In this document: piece after piece, positions 1 through 14,232 of the stretch | How the letters are laid out: each line of letters starts with the position of its first letter | Position numbering within the stretch: the first letter of the stretch is position 1 | Made by a program: the position numbers and the translations under genes | Notes under the pieces: model-generated | What the model was told of the DNA's origin: nothing | The model's database searches: none | What the model saw: the letters and a program-made list of their open reading frames with translations, nothing else | From: Podarcis gaigeae | Lineage: Eukaryota | Reading direction: 5' to 3' (one strand) | DNA: 64,000 nucleotides | Assembly: GCA_964106915.2 (NCBI GenBank) | Contig: OZ066922.1

Positions 1-505
1 GTTTTTTTTCTGTGTGTGTAGAGTGTGTCCTCTACTGAGATGTAAAAAAAGCAGCATACAAATATTTTGTTGTTAAAAAAAGAAATCAAAACAGAAGAAT
101 GTGCTTTCCCTGGTGTGCATAACTCCTTCCGCTTGGCTTTGACAAATATTATAATTGGAGTGTGGTCAGTAAAAACCAGGCAGAAGTGATTCTTGAATAT
201 TCAGTGCAGGAATCCTTGGACTAGCAATTTGTCCACCTTCAGAGACTTGGCATCAGGACAAATAATTAGACTTTCAGCAACTGCAAACTCTTATTAATTT
301 GCTTGACAGGATGAAGGATGTGGAGGAAAAATGAAATGAGGAAGGGCAGATTCATATAAATTCCTAATCTAATTCCTAATCCTAATCATATAAATTCCTC
401 GAGCTCACCCCCCCTCCACACACACACACATGTGGGTCACTTGGAAATTGCTGGGCATCTTGCAAGACAATATAATAAACTTTTTATCTTCAGCACCAGT
501 CTCAC

Positions 506-810
506 TGGCCACATTCACAGCATGCATTTAAAACACTATGGTACCACTTTAAGAAGTCATGTTTTCCCCCAAAGAATTCTGGGAGTTGTAGTTTGTTCCA
601 TATGCTGAGATGTGTTAGTAGGAGACCCTTATTCCCCAGAGTGCTTTAGCATTCAATCCCTATTCACTGGGAACTCTGAGAATTGTAGCTCCTTGTGGAA
701 TAGGGAGTCTCCTACAATTCTCATCACCCTTAACAAACTTCAGCTCCCATAATTCATGACTGTTCAAAGTGGTATCATAGTGCTTGAAGTTTATGGTATG
801 AATGTAGCCA
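506..810. mobile_element. Palindromic non-autonomous DNA transposon (MITE-like)
   Basis: Ends TGGCCACATTCA / TGAATGTAGCCA are inverted, and the internal arms are complementary (GGGAGTTGTAGTTTGTT vs AACAAACTTCAGCTCCC). A related copy lies at 47523-47843. Confidence 0.65.
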
Positions 811-3800
811 TTGTCAAAGCTAGTCCTGTGTTATGAAAATCCCAGGCTCTAGGCCAGGCTGCTGCCAAGGGCCATTTTAGACCATCCCAGCACCATATTA
901 TGAAAACCATGGACCCTGGAATAGGGCCTTGTGTTGGACAGTCAAAATGACCATGATCTCCATTGTTGGTGGGCGGACTCTCTCTCTCAAGTGCAGGGCA
1001 AAGTACAGAGTTTCTTGACTATTCCACAACCTCTTTGTGGACCACCTAAATGGAGGTTGATGTTTATTGTTTGAAAACCTCCAGGGTCTCAAAGGCTGCT
1101 GTTGCTTGCCCATCAAATGCCTACTGGACTCCTTGTAAACTGCCTTATGTGAATCCTGGAGACAGGGAAGGACTTTGGTCTTCCAAATTTCAGTGCTGCC
1201 CTGTGTGAGGCCCAAATTTGGTTTCCATTCTGCTCAATTCAACATGTCGTAGTTGTGGCACCCCTCAGCTCAGGGCCCAGTGTGGTGGAATCAGTCACAC
1301 TGCCCTAAATCTGCCTCTGCTAGAGATCACTTTAATATTTCCTAAAAACTGCACTGTAGCTGACTGTAGCTCAGCTCCTCTTTTTTCCTAGCATCATACA
1401 CAGAAGGAAAAGACAATAAACCTGTGAGAAAATCAATTCATCTTATTAATATTCACCAAACACTTCAAGCTTCCCCATCTAGGCTAGCCCCCAGGAGAAA
1501 GTTCTGCATGGAACATATAGCTCCTACTGGCTTCTTTTCTTTTACTAATCTTTGCCCCCACCTCCATTTTTGCTTCTCTTTTTCATTTTTCCTCCTCCTC
1601 CTCCTTTCAAAGAGTAGTTCACCTTACAGATGACATCAGAACCAAGACTCAAACTCTTTGTTCTTTGGAAACATAAAGTGGCATGTGAAAATAGGAATAC
1701 TTTCCCTGTACTGCGTGTAAGTTAATTAGATAGAATACTTGTATTACAGTTATTAACTGCATCTAAAATAAACATTCGGATTTGTAATTCACCGACTTCT
1801 GAGTTAGTGAAATTGTGTGACTGCAGAAAACCTGTAATTTCTCCTGCCCATGAAGTCAATTCAAGTTTTTATATAGATTGATTTTCTTCCTTTGCTTTTT
1901 TCTCATTTTGAAGAAGCAGGTCAGCAGCAGGAATGCCAACTTGAATAAAAAATTGTGGGGCTCAGGTAAGCCCCACCATCTGTAATAAATCACATGATGC
2001 AGTGCACACAAACTATTTGAATGGGAGTGCCCATCAACTTTGTGGGGGCCAATTCCCCTCAAATATTTTATTCTGAAGTCCCCACAACCCCTAGGAATTG
2101 GCTCCTATGCTTAATGTGCTCTTATTGCAAACCACAACATTGGAAACAGACAAGGTCCTTGCGATGATCTGGCCAGCAACATGTCTCCTTGCCCCTTGCC
2201 CTGCTCAGGTTATAAAAATTTGCAGAGGGGCTACGATCAAGCAGATTCAGAGGGTGTTCAATGCATCCTTGTAGAAGGGAATGATCCTGGCTGTGTTGAA
2301 AGATGTACACCACCATTTGCCAGCAACAATGATGCAAGACAGCAGGGTGCAGGTGAACGCACATGCTGCTGTCATCTTCTGCGACTACTAAGTAATGTGT
2401 TCGCACCTTGCTGGGCAGAAAAGTCTTTCTGTGAAGTGCATTGATTAAAAGAGATGGAAGTTAGGATTTCCAGACTCCAGGAAACATGCCTATATATTCA
2501 GGGGAAAATGTTGATGTTGGCCTGCATACCTGAATTGGGTTATTTTTGGATTTCGGCAGCATTCCCAGCATTCCGAACAACAGCATTCCGAACATTGTCC
2601 AGCAGCTATGGGAGAAAGGAAACCACAGTCATCAGGCATGCAGCTACTGGAGGATGAATAGGCTTTGCTAATTTGCAGCACAAAATAGAGAGCACATTCA
2701 TTTACTGTGTGTCTTTAATGGCTGAGGCTGCTATCCTAACCATATTTACTCAGAAGTTGTGCAATAATTTTTAGGTTGCTATTAATATTTCTAGTTCAGC
2801 AGCATGTTTTGAGGAAGCTCTCTCAAACCATTCATGAGCTATGCAACAATATCACTGCTAAGAAATATATCTTATTTCAGCTGCTGGATGGGGGGGGGGG
2901 GAGAGCATACCGTATCCTGAACACTGGACCTTCTTTCTGCAAAGCAAATGAAAAGAAGTCGTCTTGGATTAAGAAGTGTTGAGTATCAACACCTTCATTT
3001 GAACTCAATAGCAGCTACAGTTGCCCAGCATCTCTGAAAACTAAACCAATATTATTTAAAACAACCATTGATTTTGGATGGCCTTCTTAAAATGCTGTTA
3101 CAGAGCTTGTTTTCTCAGATTGTAAGCACTCAGCAGTTTTTGAAAGACAGACCCTAATTCAGTGTCTCAGGCTTGGCAGCCAGAAACAGAGCAGTTACTT
3201 TTCCAAAGGTTGACCCATCCGCCACCAATTGCAAAGTTTGAGCTGGCAGTCAGCAGTCAGAGTTTAATTTTGGTTTACTGTCTGTGTAAATTGAGTATTC
3301 TGATTTTAGTGCATCTTTGTCCTCAAACTGGTACAACTGAGGGTGCAATTGGATACCCTGTGGGTTTTAAAGGGTCAATACAAAACCAATCCAAATCTCT
3401 CCTGGAGCTGTTATAGGCGTCATGGGTACCAATATGTTCTGCCATGGGGCAAACTACAACTCATCGGGATCCAGGGATGCTCAGCCTTGTTGTAGGTTCT
3501 CTGTGCAATTGCGGGGCAGGGGCAGAAACTGCAGTGTTTGTTCCTGACATTGGGCAATTGGGACAGATTAGGTTTGTTGCCTGCCACACTGGTCAGCAGT
3601 CTCCCTGACTGAGCTGAGAGAGCTGGTCTCAGAGGTTGTGTTGAGCATGCTGCAGGGTGTGTTGACATCACTGGTGTATGCCACGGGGTGTGCTGATGTG
3701 TCATGCAGATCCTCCACAGCTAGTGCATGTTCAATCATTCATTTCCAGAAATGTCGTCGGCTTCTGTGCTGAGTTTTTGCTGCTTGTTTCTTGAAGGTGG

Positions 3801-4476
3801 ACTTTTGCCCAGGAACTTGAAGCTCATTAACCAAGAATATTACTGGAAGCTGGGTATTAGGAAAGAAATATGTTCTCTAAAAATGTTTGGGAATTGTATC
3901 CCGAATACAAACATCCTACATTAACCAGACTACTCGAAACAAAACGTGAGGATGAAATTAATATCATACCCTAATTGGAGCTGGGGTCTAAATACAGCAT
4001 TTTCAAATGCATTACCTTTCACTAAGTTGTCCCAGCATGAAAGACAAAAATAGAAGTTATTCAAAATAAGTGTTCCTTGGCTGATACTGTGATGTGGTCA
4101 TCAGGATCATTTGATGTCAAACCATAATTTACTATGAAATATGGGGTCTAATCCCCCCCAAACACATCATGATTCCACAAGATTTGTCAAAGGACTAAAT
4201 AAGAAAGCCAAAGTGCTATGGTGGATTGAATTGGATTTGGCCAGGACCATGTGGATTTAAACTTCCCTCCATCAATGAAGAACCCTGGATAATTTTGGAC
4301 AAATCACTCATCTCCCCGCATAACTTCCCTCCTGGGATGGCTTGAGAATAAGTGAAGCGACCCCATCAATTTCATAAGTATGCAAAATGGCACCCAAACT
4401 TTTAAAAGTTAAACCACAAATCTAAATGCATGCATTAGAATCAACCTTAATCCATACTGTTTTACAAAATACATTT

Positions 4477-4507
<31 letters not shown>

Positions 4508-4930
4508 TTTTAAAAAAGAAGGATTAAAATATTAAAATGATGTTTTAATTATACCTTTTGTCTAGGGTCAGGCTTGTTTTACCCAATACTTATTGTTAAA
4601 AATTCTTTTATTCCTAAATCCCCCAGGATGCAGTCACAAAGTGGCAGTGTTATGAACTCCTGACCAGAGGAACAAAGGCAATCACACAGTGCCTGCGTAT
4701 TTATGATCTGTTTTCACAGCATGGAACTTATTTCAAAACCACCTCTCTCGTTGAGTTGTGCAGTGAAGTTTTCCTTCCCCTGGGCACAAGTCTTCTGTCT
4801 CACTGGCTTCAATAAGTAACTTTTTATTGTGTCTAATCATGTGCAAATGTGTTAAAATTGGTAGTTTTTAGCAAACAGTTATGGAACATATTACCGTAAG
4901 GCATTTGTTCATGGCGTGACAATTATTGGC

Positions 4931-5094
4931 NNNNNNNNNNNNNNNNNNNNNNNNNNNNNNNNNNNNNNNNNNNNNNNNNNNNNNNNNNNNNNNNNNNNNN
5001 NNNNNNNNNNNNNNNNNNNNNNNNNNNNNNNNNNNNNNNNNNNNNNNNNNNNNNNNNNNNNNNNNNNNNNNNNNNNNNNNNNNNNNNNNNNNNN
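4931..5094. other. Assembly gap (run of N)
   Basis: Ns in the sequence. Confidence 0.99.
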
Positions 5095-5354
5095 GAGCTT
5101 TTTGCAGGATGTTAATTTAATATACTGGCATATTTCATGCATACTTTTTATATTTTGTATGCTTGAAGCTACCTCGACAGTGACCACCCAGAAATAAGAG
5201 ACTTCTTTTCAAGATCCCGAACTTAGGAGCACAAAAAAGCTGTCCATGAAATGTCGTGACTCTAATCTAAGGTGATACTTGCCAACCTAAGGGGCTGAAT
5301 TACAGTATAATGTTTCAGCTGACCCCACAACATATCTATGTATACCATAAAAAC

Positions 5355-5356
<2 letters not shown>

Positions 5357-5434
<78 letters not shown>
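5357..5434. repeat. Compound microsatellite (GA)n-(GACA)n
   Basis: Directly visible. Confidence 0.95.
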
Positions 5435-5435
<1 letters not shown>

Positions 5436-6591
5436 CGGGGGGGGGGGCAGGCATGACAAACTCTCTAAGCTTAGATTTCCTATGAAATAGACTTCCATGA
5501 CAATCCCATTTTCAATAAGCAACTTGGGCTTCTGTCTTGAATTGCATACAACTCTGTAGAACAATTTCTAGTTGTTGGTTTTTCTTTTGTTTTTTGAAGT
5601 GAAGGGACCCGTTTTATCCAAAAAGAGACTCCAGCTCCACTTTGTATACCGTGGGTCACATTGCCATGAAAACTCTAATGGACTTGAATTACATCAGATA
5701 TTTACACTGCATTTTACCAATTTGGACCAACATTTCTTCCAATGTAATTTTGATTTACCCTTCTAGTATGTTGCCAGAGAGAATGAAGGTCATTCTCCCT
5801 CCCTTATCAAGATCTTTATTCACTACTGCCAGGTTTGCAGATGCTGTCAGCTGCACTACTATGGGGTGGCCACCACAGGAGGCCCAGCTAACAGCATTCT
5901 CAAACCTGGCAGTAGTGAATAAAGAACTTGATAAGAAATATTATAAAATATAATGGGAATGCTGCTTTACCTCAAATGTTCGCAAAGGCAAGGACACGAA
6001 GGCACTGGTCACACTTTTTTGTCAAAATGTTAAATAAATGGTGTCCTTACCTTTGCAAACATTCATTTTGTTTGTTTTTTCAAAAAGCTGAAGAGTTTAA
6101 GGGATATTCCCAGCAAAATGTGATGTGTTTGATATGACACACAGACACACACACACAAAGCTGAGGCATAGCTAGAAACATGCAAGCAAATTAGATCAAA
6201 GCAACAATAATCCTAACAGCAAAATGAAAAGATATATTTCTTCTGGGCAGCTTTGTGTCAGTGGGATCTGTGACTTCCTGTCCTTGAGAACATTGGCTGC
6301 TTTGAAGGATCTGCCTGTCTTTCTGCCATTTTTATGGACTGAGAAGGAAGAGAAAGAACATTTCCCCCTTTCCCATTTCACACAATCAGGTGCCAGCCCA
6401 CCCATGAGATGGGGTGAAGCAGCTATTTTGGGTGCCTTGTCTGCTATGGCACCTCAACTATTGGTGGAGAAACAGAAGCAGTGGAGAAGCTGCACTGACA
6501 TAAGCACCAAATTCTGGCAAGATCTGCCTGAGATCTCATTGGAACCTGCACTACCACATAACCTAGATATGGGAGTCTTCAGTGGGGGTGG

Positions 6592-6990
6592 TAATAATAA
6601 TAATTTAATAATTTATTATTTATACCCCATCCATCTGGCTGCGTTTTCCCAGCCACTCTGGGCAGCTTCCAACTGAATATTAAAAACAATACAGCATCAG
6701 ACATTAAAAACTTCCCTAAACAGGGCCAACTTCAGTTGTCTTTTAAAGTGAAATAGTTGTTTATTTCCTTGACATCTGATGGGAGGGCGTTCCACAGGGC
6801 AGGCGCCACTACCGAGAAGGCCCTCTGCCTGGTTCCCTCACTTCTCACAGCGAGGGAACTGCCAGAAGGTCTTCGGCACTGGACCTCAGTGTCTGGGCTG
6901 GATGATGGGGGTGGAAATGCTCCTTCAGGTATACTGGGCCAAGGCCGTTTAGGGCTTTAAAGGTCAGCACCAACACTTTGAATTGGTGTG
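6592..6990 (-). mobile_element. L2-like LINE 3' fragment
   Basis: The minus strand resembles the L2 RT C-terminus (FKVLVLTFKALNGLGPVYLKEH) and ends in an (ATT)n-type tail. Same family as 11422-11835 and 38003-38297. Confidence 0.75.
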
Positions 6991-8121
6991 GTATGGCAGT
7001 GGCGGGGGGGGGGGGGGACAGTACTTCCTGATTCACCTCAGGTGACAAAAGATGATGCACTACCCCTGTGCCCAGTTATCACCCAATTGCTGGATCATCA
7101 CAAATGAATTCTAAGCACACATTTACTGTGTTTCCACTAGCATTTATTTGTATCCACTCCCAATTTTTTCCCACTTTTCAGGTCACACACACAAAAATTA
7201 CACCTTAAGGAGAATCAGGCATAAGTAGCCATCCTACTCACTGCTGTAGTGTGGGCACATGAAGGCTAAGTTGGAAGTGAGTCCAAGATGTAGGGAGTGT
7301 TTAAAGTCTGCACGGCACAAAAGTTAAGATGGGAACCTTAATCTATAATTTCTAGACTTTTCAATGCATGAGCGGCTCTTTAAATGCCTTACCCCTTCAA
7401 TCACACCAAAGGGTTTTTGATCCTAGAACATACATTCTTCAGAGAGATACAATGGCCTCACTTGTTCCTACTTCTCCCTGTGCCAAATCTCTCATCTGCA
7501 GCGCAACCCACTTCTTATTACGTTACCATGCAAGTTGAAAATCTTACAGTAGGCCAAAACAGAGAGAAAGGGGATGAATGAGAGAAACTAACATAGTTTG
7601 TCTTTCAAAATGCTCCCTGAGTGGTGGGGAAGGACCCTCCATTTATGTTTCTTTTAAATAAACACAGATATAACTAAATATATATTGGCAGCAGTATTTA
7701 TAGACTCGGGATATCCAATATTTCTGGAGGAACAACTTGCCAGGAGCGCAACAGCTGCATCTAATTTCCATAAAATGGAGCAGATTGTTTCAGCTGCCCT
7801 TTCATATGAAGGCAAGGCCCACTGAGTATATCCAGTATTTGATGGTCCCTTCTGATCCAAGTATTTTGCTCTGTGCAAGGTAGCTGGTACCTGTATCTTG
7901 ATGCCCCATGCATACCCCTGGAAGAATTAATATATTGCCATTCTCTCTCACGCACTTCCCATTCCATGGGCTGGAAGCACAACTGAGCAGCGTGGCGAGG
8001 TCTGGGGGGCATGGCCAAATTCTAAGGGGATGCAACGAGGCATCCCCACACAGGCACCAGCTTCTGCGAGGATCCCCACTCCACCCTGGTGAAGGCAGCA
8101 GAGCAGTCCATTGGTGGGCTG

Positions 8122-8543
8122 TGTCAGGAGTGCGTGCAGGAGCCAGACCCTGTGACCAGTAGGATTTTGCAGGACTGCGGCCTTCCTAAGTTTGTTCTGG
8201 AGAGGCAAGGCATGGCTGCACAGGTGAGGCCACTTGGTAACTCACTGCACCTGGTGGCAAGAGCCAGGAAGGGATATAAGGTCAGCATTTCCCTTCGGCT
8301 CTTTGCCACAGCAACACGTTCCCTGCCTTGCTGCATTTGGCGCCTTGCTTCTTGATCCTTGGACCCTTGACTCCTTGCTTCCTGACCCTCAGACCCTTGG
8401 CTTCTTGACTCCTGGCTCTCTGGCCCTCGGACTCTTGGCCTCCTGGCTTCTGGACTCCCGTTCCTGCTCCCACCCTGCCATCTTGCCCCCAGTCCCGAGG
8501 TCCCCAGCCAGGACTTCAATCGCCTATGAACCAGACCGTCACA
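8122..8543 (+). mobile_element. Solo LTR (probably Ty3/gypsy), 422 bp
   Basis: TGT...ACA termini; perfect 5-bp TSD GGCTG at 8117-8121 and 8544-8548; TATA-like GATATAAGG near 8273; internal ~21-bp degenerate repeats (CCTTGG/ACTCCTTGCTTCCTG). Confidence 0.8.
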
Positions 8544-10023
8544 GGCTGCTGCTGCCCAGGCACATCCTGGTGGGTCCCATCTTCTGCTCCCCACCCTTCC
8601 CTGCCTGCCTGCCTGCCTCTGGGGGTCTCTGCGCCCTGGAGCCCAGTGTGGCCTTGCTGCCACTTCCCCGGCAGAGGCTGGCAACTGCGGAGGCTCTGTG
8701 CAGGCCAAGCAGAGGGTTCCATCTATCTTCCTTGTGCTCGTAAGGACAAATTATTGAGGCCAGGCTTCTCTTCAGTGTACAGGCTAGTAGGGGGGGTCAC
8801 TCAGGCAGCATTAGTGGCTCCCCCTGGCTACAACCTACACTACACTGCTGCAACTGAGACTATTTGGAAAGCAGCAAATTTGAGTATCAGCTGTTTATAC
8901 ACAGAAAGATTTTGCAAAGATTCTCTTTGCTATGCATATGCACCAGACACATGGAGAAGCTTTGAAGGATCACAGAATTGTAGAGTTGGAAAGGCTCTCA
9001 GGGGTCATCTAGTCCAACCCCCTGCAAAGCAGGAATCTTGTCTACATGACAGATGGCCATCCACCATGTTCCCTGGGATCAAGGAGCAGGTTTGGCTACA
9101 ACTGGATGCCACAGTGAATCAAGGCGATGGCATGAACATTTCAAAACTGCACTGATTATTTTTAGCTTCTTAGAATTCCCAAGCAACTCCAGGTACCAGT
9201 CACAAATGAAGCTGATCAGCATGCCAAAAACAATACATTAAAAAGGGAAGTGTCAGAGATGCGGCAGTCTCTATATGCACACAGACTTCCCCGAGTCCAG
9301 GAATTCAGCAGGATCAAGGTTTCAGTAATGTGTGGATGGCCAGTGTGATTGGAGCTGTCCTCCACGAGAGACTGGGCCACAAGACCTAAAACTGCATGAA
9401 ACACATTCCATTTAAAACAAATCTATCTTCTGTCCATCTGACAACTGATTTCTCAGCTGCCTCTGGATAAAATAGAAGTGCATGCTTGGTTTGCCCTGTT
9501 GTTGCAACACCTTTGGTTCTTCACAAAGAACAAATTCCCAAGGCTTCCTTACACAAAGGCCCACCTTTTCCATGAAGCCTTTGGTACAACTATTTTACCC
9601 CACGTAAGTAAGCCCAGGTAAATGTATCTGTCATGAAGTATATTCTTCCCTAGATACTGCTTCCTAGTCCTCCTCCCTCCCATTGCTGTTGTTTCCTCTG
9701 GGTCGGGCTTCAGAGGGTAAGTTCCCCAGGCCAGGGGCTATTCCCTTTAACACTCTGTAAAGTGCCATGCATATTAATGGTGTGATATATTATTTTTTTA
9801 TTTACTGGACTTAGATGCTGCCCTTTTCCCCAAGAAGCTCCTCATTTAATCCCCACAACAACCCTGTGAGGAAGGTTAGGCTAAGAGGCAGTGACTGGCC
9901 ACCCAGTGATAAGCATAGAGGTCTGGGCTGTAGCATCTTCTTGCCATGTGCTGCCAGGTCTGGCTGGCCTTCAGTTCCAGGGTTCTACAAGTCATCACTG
10001 TTGCTGTGAAAGGCTCCTTGGGT

Positions 10024-10084
10024 TTCCTTCCTTCCTTCCTTCCTTCCTTCCTTCCTTCCTTCCTTCCTTCCTTCCTTCCTTCCT
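10024..10084. repeat. (CTTC)n microsatellite
   Basis: Directly visible. Confidence 0.95.
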
Positions 10085-10122
10085 TTCTGCTTATGTCCTT
10101 CTGCACAGCGCCATGTTCATTC

Positions 10123-10240
10123 AATAATAATTTTATTATTTATACCCCGCCCATCTGGCTGGGTTTCCCCAGCCACTCTGGGCAGCTTCCAGTAAAATAT
10201 AAAAAATAATAAAATGTCAAATATTAAAAACTTCCTGATA
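10123..10240 (-). mobile_element. Short L2-like LINE 3' tail
   Basis: TTATACCCCGCCCATCTGGCTGGGTTTCCCCAGCCACTCTGGGCAGCTTCC is shared with 6620-6670. Confidence 0.7.
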
Positions 10241-11124
10241 CATTCATAGTGCAAGGCAAATAAAATAGATATTGTATAAATGAATGAATGAATGAATAAT
10301 ATAGTATGAACACATATAGTAAATGGGGCTTTGCATTGCAATATTGTTTGATGTCCAAGCCAGCCTGTGATGTTCTCCTCTTCCGCTTTCCATGCTTCTA
10401 AGCAGCCATCGTCCCCAATATTTGATAGAGCAGGTTGATATTTAATATCATAGATTGCATAACAGGTCAAATGTGCAGATCAGAGGAATTATGGAGCGCA
10501 TATTATCTGGGATTCACTTTTACATGCCTACAAAGTATTATTTATTGTTCCGTGACTGCTACCAGTTGGCTGATGATGTCACACTTGGCTTTTTCCACAT
10601 CTTTTTCTGTCACCCTGGTTTCAACCGAGGGAAACTCTACACTGTGGCAAAAAAGCAGGAAGATGTCAGAAAGCATGTGCTCTGATTTATCACACCCCAA
10701 ACATTCCGAGAACACAGACAGTATGTAATGCCTGATAGAGTGCTTTTGCATAAGCATATCAGCAGTTCTCTCCCCCTTTGTCAGTAGTACTAGATAAACG
10801 GGAGAGTTCCTGTTCTCTGGTGTCTCAGTCAGAAGACCTGTCAGCAGCTCTGTGATGACCATCTGGGGGAATCAGACTCTTGGCCCAAAGCAAGGTGACG
10901 TAATACTCAAGGAGCTTTGGCAAGGACACGGTGGATTAGGTTAAAAACCTATCATATTTGTTAGCTAACTGGATGACAGCATTGGAGCGCACAATAAAAT
11001 GCTTTCATTGATGCTTAGTAAATCCCCTGAGTTCACCACACTTGTGTACATGTTGAGCTCATCTTCTAGGCTGGGATGAAGCTCAGAAAAAGCTAGTTCC
11101 CCTTTTGTCCAAGAATAAAATGTC

Positions 11125-11125
<1 letters not shown>

Positions 11126-11172
<47 letters not shown>
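11126..11172. repeat. (TCTG)n-(TCTA)n microsatellite
   Basis: Directly visible. Confidence 0.95.
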
Positions 11173-11421
11173 CGGCATAATCACAACCCAAGTTTTATTA
11201 GGAGAGTTAAACATGGGCGTGGCCAGCAGTCAGGGATGATGGGAGTTGTAGTCAAGCAACATCTGGAGGGTCAAAGGCTTTCCACCCCTGATTCATTCCA
11301 TTAATATCTTTGGCAGCAAATCTTGCACTTCAGTGAATTTATTTATTTTTAACCAAATAACAGATCTCCAAAACGAAAGCTTTTAACAGAGCTCCAAAAC
11401 GAAAGCACAACTCTATCTTTT

Positions 11422-11850
11422 AGGATCTTCACTGGCTCTCAGTACGTTTCTGACCACAATTCAAAGTGTTGGTGCTGATCTTTAAAGCCCTAAATGGCCT
11501 CGTCCCAGTATACCTGAAGGAGCATCTCCACCTCCAATGCTTAGCCTGGACACTGAGGTCCTCCTTCGAGGGGCTTCTGCTGGTTCCCTCACTGCGAGAA
11601 GTGAAGTTACAGGGAACCAGGTAGAGGGCATTCTCGGTAGTGGCTCCCTCCCTGTGGAATGCCCTCCCTTCAGGTGTCAAGGAGATAAAGAATTACACAA
11701 CGTTTAGAAGACATCTGAAGGCAGTGCTGTATTGGGAGGTTTTTAATGTTTGGTGTTCTTATTACGTTTTTAGATATGCTGTAAGCTGCCCAGAGTGGCT
11801 GGGGAAACCCAGCCAAATGGGCAGGGTATAAATAATAAAATTGTTGTTGT
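11422..11850 (+). mobile_element. L2-like LINE 3' fragment
   Basis: Encodes degenerate L2 C-terminal motifs (LHWL...FKVLVLIFKAL, RAFSVVAPSLWNALP, FRRHLK), followed by the family 3' tail. Confidence 0.8.
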
Positions 11851-12071
11851 TGTTGTTTTGTTATTGTTGTTCTTTCTTTCTCCCATCTTTGCTTCCATGA
11901 AACAATCATAGGAACTATAGTTCATTAAGCGTGTTGGGAATTGTAGCTCTGTGAGGGGTAAACTATATTATTGAGTGTGACCATATGCATACATACTTGG
12001 GGGTAAGTTTTATTGAACTTAATGGGGAAGGGATATAGAGGAGGAGGAGGATGATGATGATGATGATGATT

Positions 12072-12126
12072 TCCATCTAACTGGGTTGCCCCAACCACTC
12101 TCAATGGCTTCCAACAAATTAGAAAA

Positions 12127-12165
<39 letters not shown>

Positions 12166-12353
12166 AAACATTGAAAACTTCCCTATACAGGGCTGCCTTC
12201 AGATGTCTTCTAAGTCAGATAGTTTTTTATTTCCTTGACATCTGAGGGGAGGGCATTCCACAAGGTTGGGTACAGCTACTGAGAAGACCCTCTGCCTGGT
12301 TCCCTGTAATCTCACTTCTTGCTGAATGATAGGGGTGGAGACACTTCTTCTGG
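12072..12353 (-). mobile_element. L2-like LINE 3' fragment interrupted by (CA)n
   Basis: Same family as 6592-6990; (CA)n at ~12129-12164; ends where the MITE begins. Confidence 0.7.
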
Positions 12354-12355
12354 TA

Positions 12356-12581
12356 CTGTGATACCTCGGGTTAAGAACTTAATTTGTTCTGGAGGTCTTT
12401 TCTTAGCCTGAAACTGTTCTTAACCTGAAGCACCACTTTAGCTGATGGAGCCTCCTGCTGCCGCTGCGCCACTGCTGCACGATTTCTGTTCTCATCCTGA
12501 AGCAAAGTTCTTAACCCAAGGTAATATTTCTGGGTTAGCAGAGTCTGTAACCTGAAGCGTATGTAACCTGAGGTACCACTG
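12356..12581. mobile_element. Tc1/mariner-type MITE
   Basis: TA-C(T/A)GTG(A/G)TACCTC...GAGGTACCACTG-TA, i.e. terminal inverted repeats with a TA target duplication; one of four copies in the window. Confidence 0.85.
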
Positions 12582-12820
12582 TACTCAGTATAAGGCACAA
12601 ATGGGGAACCTGTAGCTTTCCAGATAGAACAGGACTAAAAACCATCCCTAACCATTGGCCAAGCTGCCTGGGTAATGGGATTTAGAACTGAACAACCTCT
12701 GGATAGCCACGGGGTCCCTATCCCTCTTGCAAGGCAATGTCATAAGTTCCAGTATAAGCCTTGAATCAGCACATGAAGGATTCAGTGGCATGTGCATTTA
12801 TGTCGTAGCCCTGTTCCTGT

Positions 12821-13076
12821 AGAGCCAGTGTGGTGTAGTGGTTAAGAACAGTAGTCTCGTAATCTACTGGTGAGCCAGGTTCGCTTCCCCGCTCCTCCAC
12901 ATGCAGCTGCTGGGTGACCTTGGGCTAGTCACACTTCTCTGAAGTCTCTCAGCCCCACTCACCTCACAGAGTGTTTGTTGTGAGGGAGGAAGGGAAAGGA
13001 GAATGTTAGCTGCTTTGAGACTCCTTCGGTTAGTGATAAAGCGGGATATCAAATCCAAACTCCTCTTCTTCTTCCT
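12821..13076 (+). mobile_element. tRNA-derived CORE-type SINE (Squam3-like)
   Basis: tRNA-like head with A box (TGGTGTAGTGG) and B box-like GGTTCGCTTCC; CORE-like GCTGGGTGACCTTGGGC; (CTT)n tail; second copy at 53628-53876. Confidence 0.8.
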
Positions 13077-14177
13077 CATACTGAGAATGGTGTGCAGTGG
13101 ATCATGGTTAGGATATTGTCATGCACCATCAGTTTTTGAAACCTCTCCATTTCCAAAGAGGTTTGCCATGTGGAGTGTGGGATGGGGATGTTATTTGAGA
13201 ACTACAAGTCCAAAGCCTTCTTGGGATCCTGGCCAGTGTTTGCTTTTGTATTTATTTGTAAGACTTCCTGCCAAGTTGCCACAAGCAGGCAGTTCTCCCA
13301 GCTGAGCTCCGTTGCACTCTGCCAACCTCTCTGAAGCTGACACACATCTGCAAGGCTGGCTTGTGTCTTCCCAGCAGAGTAGTGCTACTTTCCAAGCAGT
13401 GGAGTATCCTTGCTTCACTCCACAAACCCAAGACCTGCCTTTTAAAGCAGTCTGGAGCTTTTGACCCAGGAACCGAAGCCAGCCAGACCTGGCAGCCCAT
13501 GGCAAGAAGATGCTACAGCCCATTCTTCTAATACCTGAAATGCTATGTCACAAAGACACAGAAATGTCAAGAGAAAAAACAAACAAATAATTTTTAAACA
13601 TCAGTATTTTTCATCAGAAAATAGATCACGTACTTCCTGCCAATATATCAGACAGGAAAAAATATCAAACATCACCAAAAAAGGATTGACAGAGAGAGAA
13701 AATATACACACAACACACACACAAACACACCAAAAAATATACAAAGCTTAAAACATATAAAAAAGCAATGAATCCAGTACTAAAAGCCTACACACACCAT
13801 AAAATTAACAAAATATAAATTGGAGTTTACTGTGTGTACAGTTTATATTTACAGTTAACCTAAAACTACATCAAAACTAAATCAAACCAGAACTAATGAT
13901 CATTACATTAATTAGAAATCTTTTAAACACTGTATATATGTGAATAGTGGAACAGAATTTAGGAAGTAACTTTTTCAGCTAAGCTCACACATTCATAGAA
14001 GAATCAGAGAAGGCTGAGAGACCAATAAGCTTCTTGGTAGGTGAAGCCTTTTTGTAAATTATTGGAATACACACATTCCAAGACAGTGTGCAATCTTACA
14101 CTTTATTTTCACTCTGTAAGCTGCCCAGAGTGGCTGGGGAAACCCAGGAAGATGGGCAGGATATAAATAATAAAAGT

Positions 14178-14200
14178 ATTATTATTATTATTATTATTAT

Positions 14201-14232
<32 letters not shown>
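14178..14232. repeat. (ATT)n-(ACT)n microsatellite at the tail of a short L2-like fragment (~14110-14175)
   Basis: Directly visible. Confidence 0.9.

Noticed and set aside
4909-5197. ORFs spanning the N run
   Set aside because: Artefacts of the assembly gap.
8124-9155. 169-209 aa ORFs with repeated SQGS/LLDP units
   Set aside because: They derive from the solo LTR's internal repeats and run across unrelated repeats.
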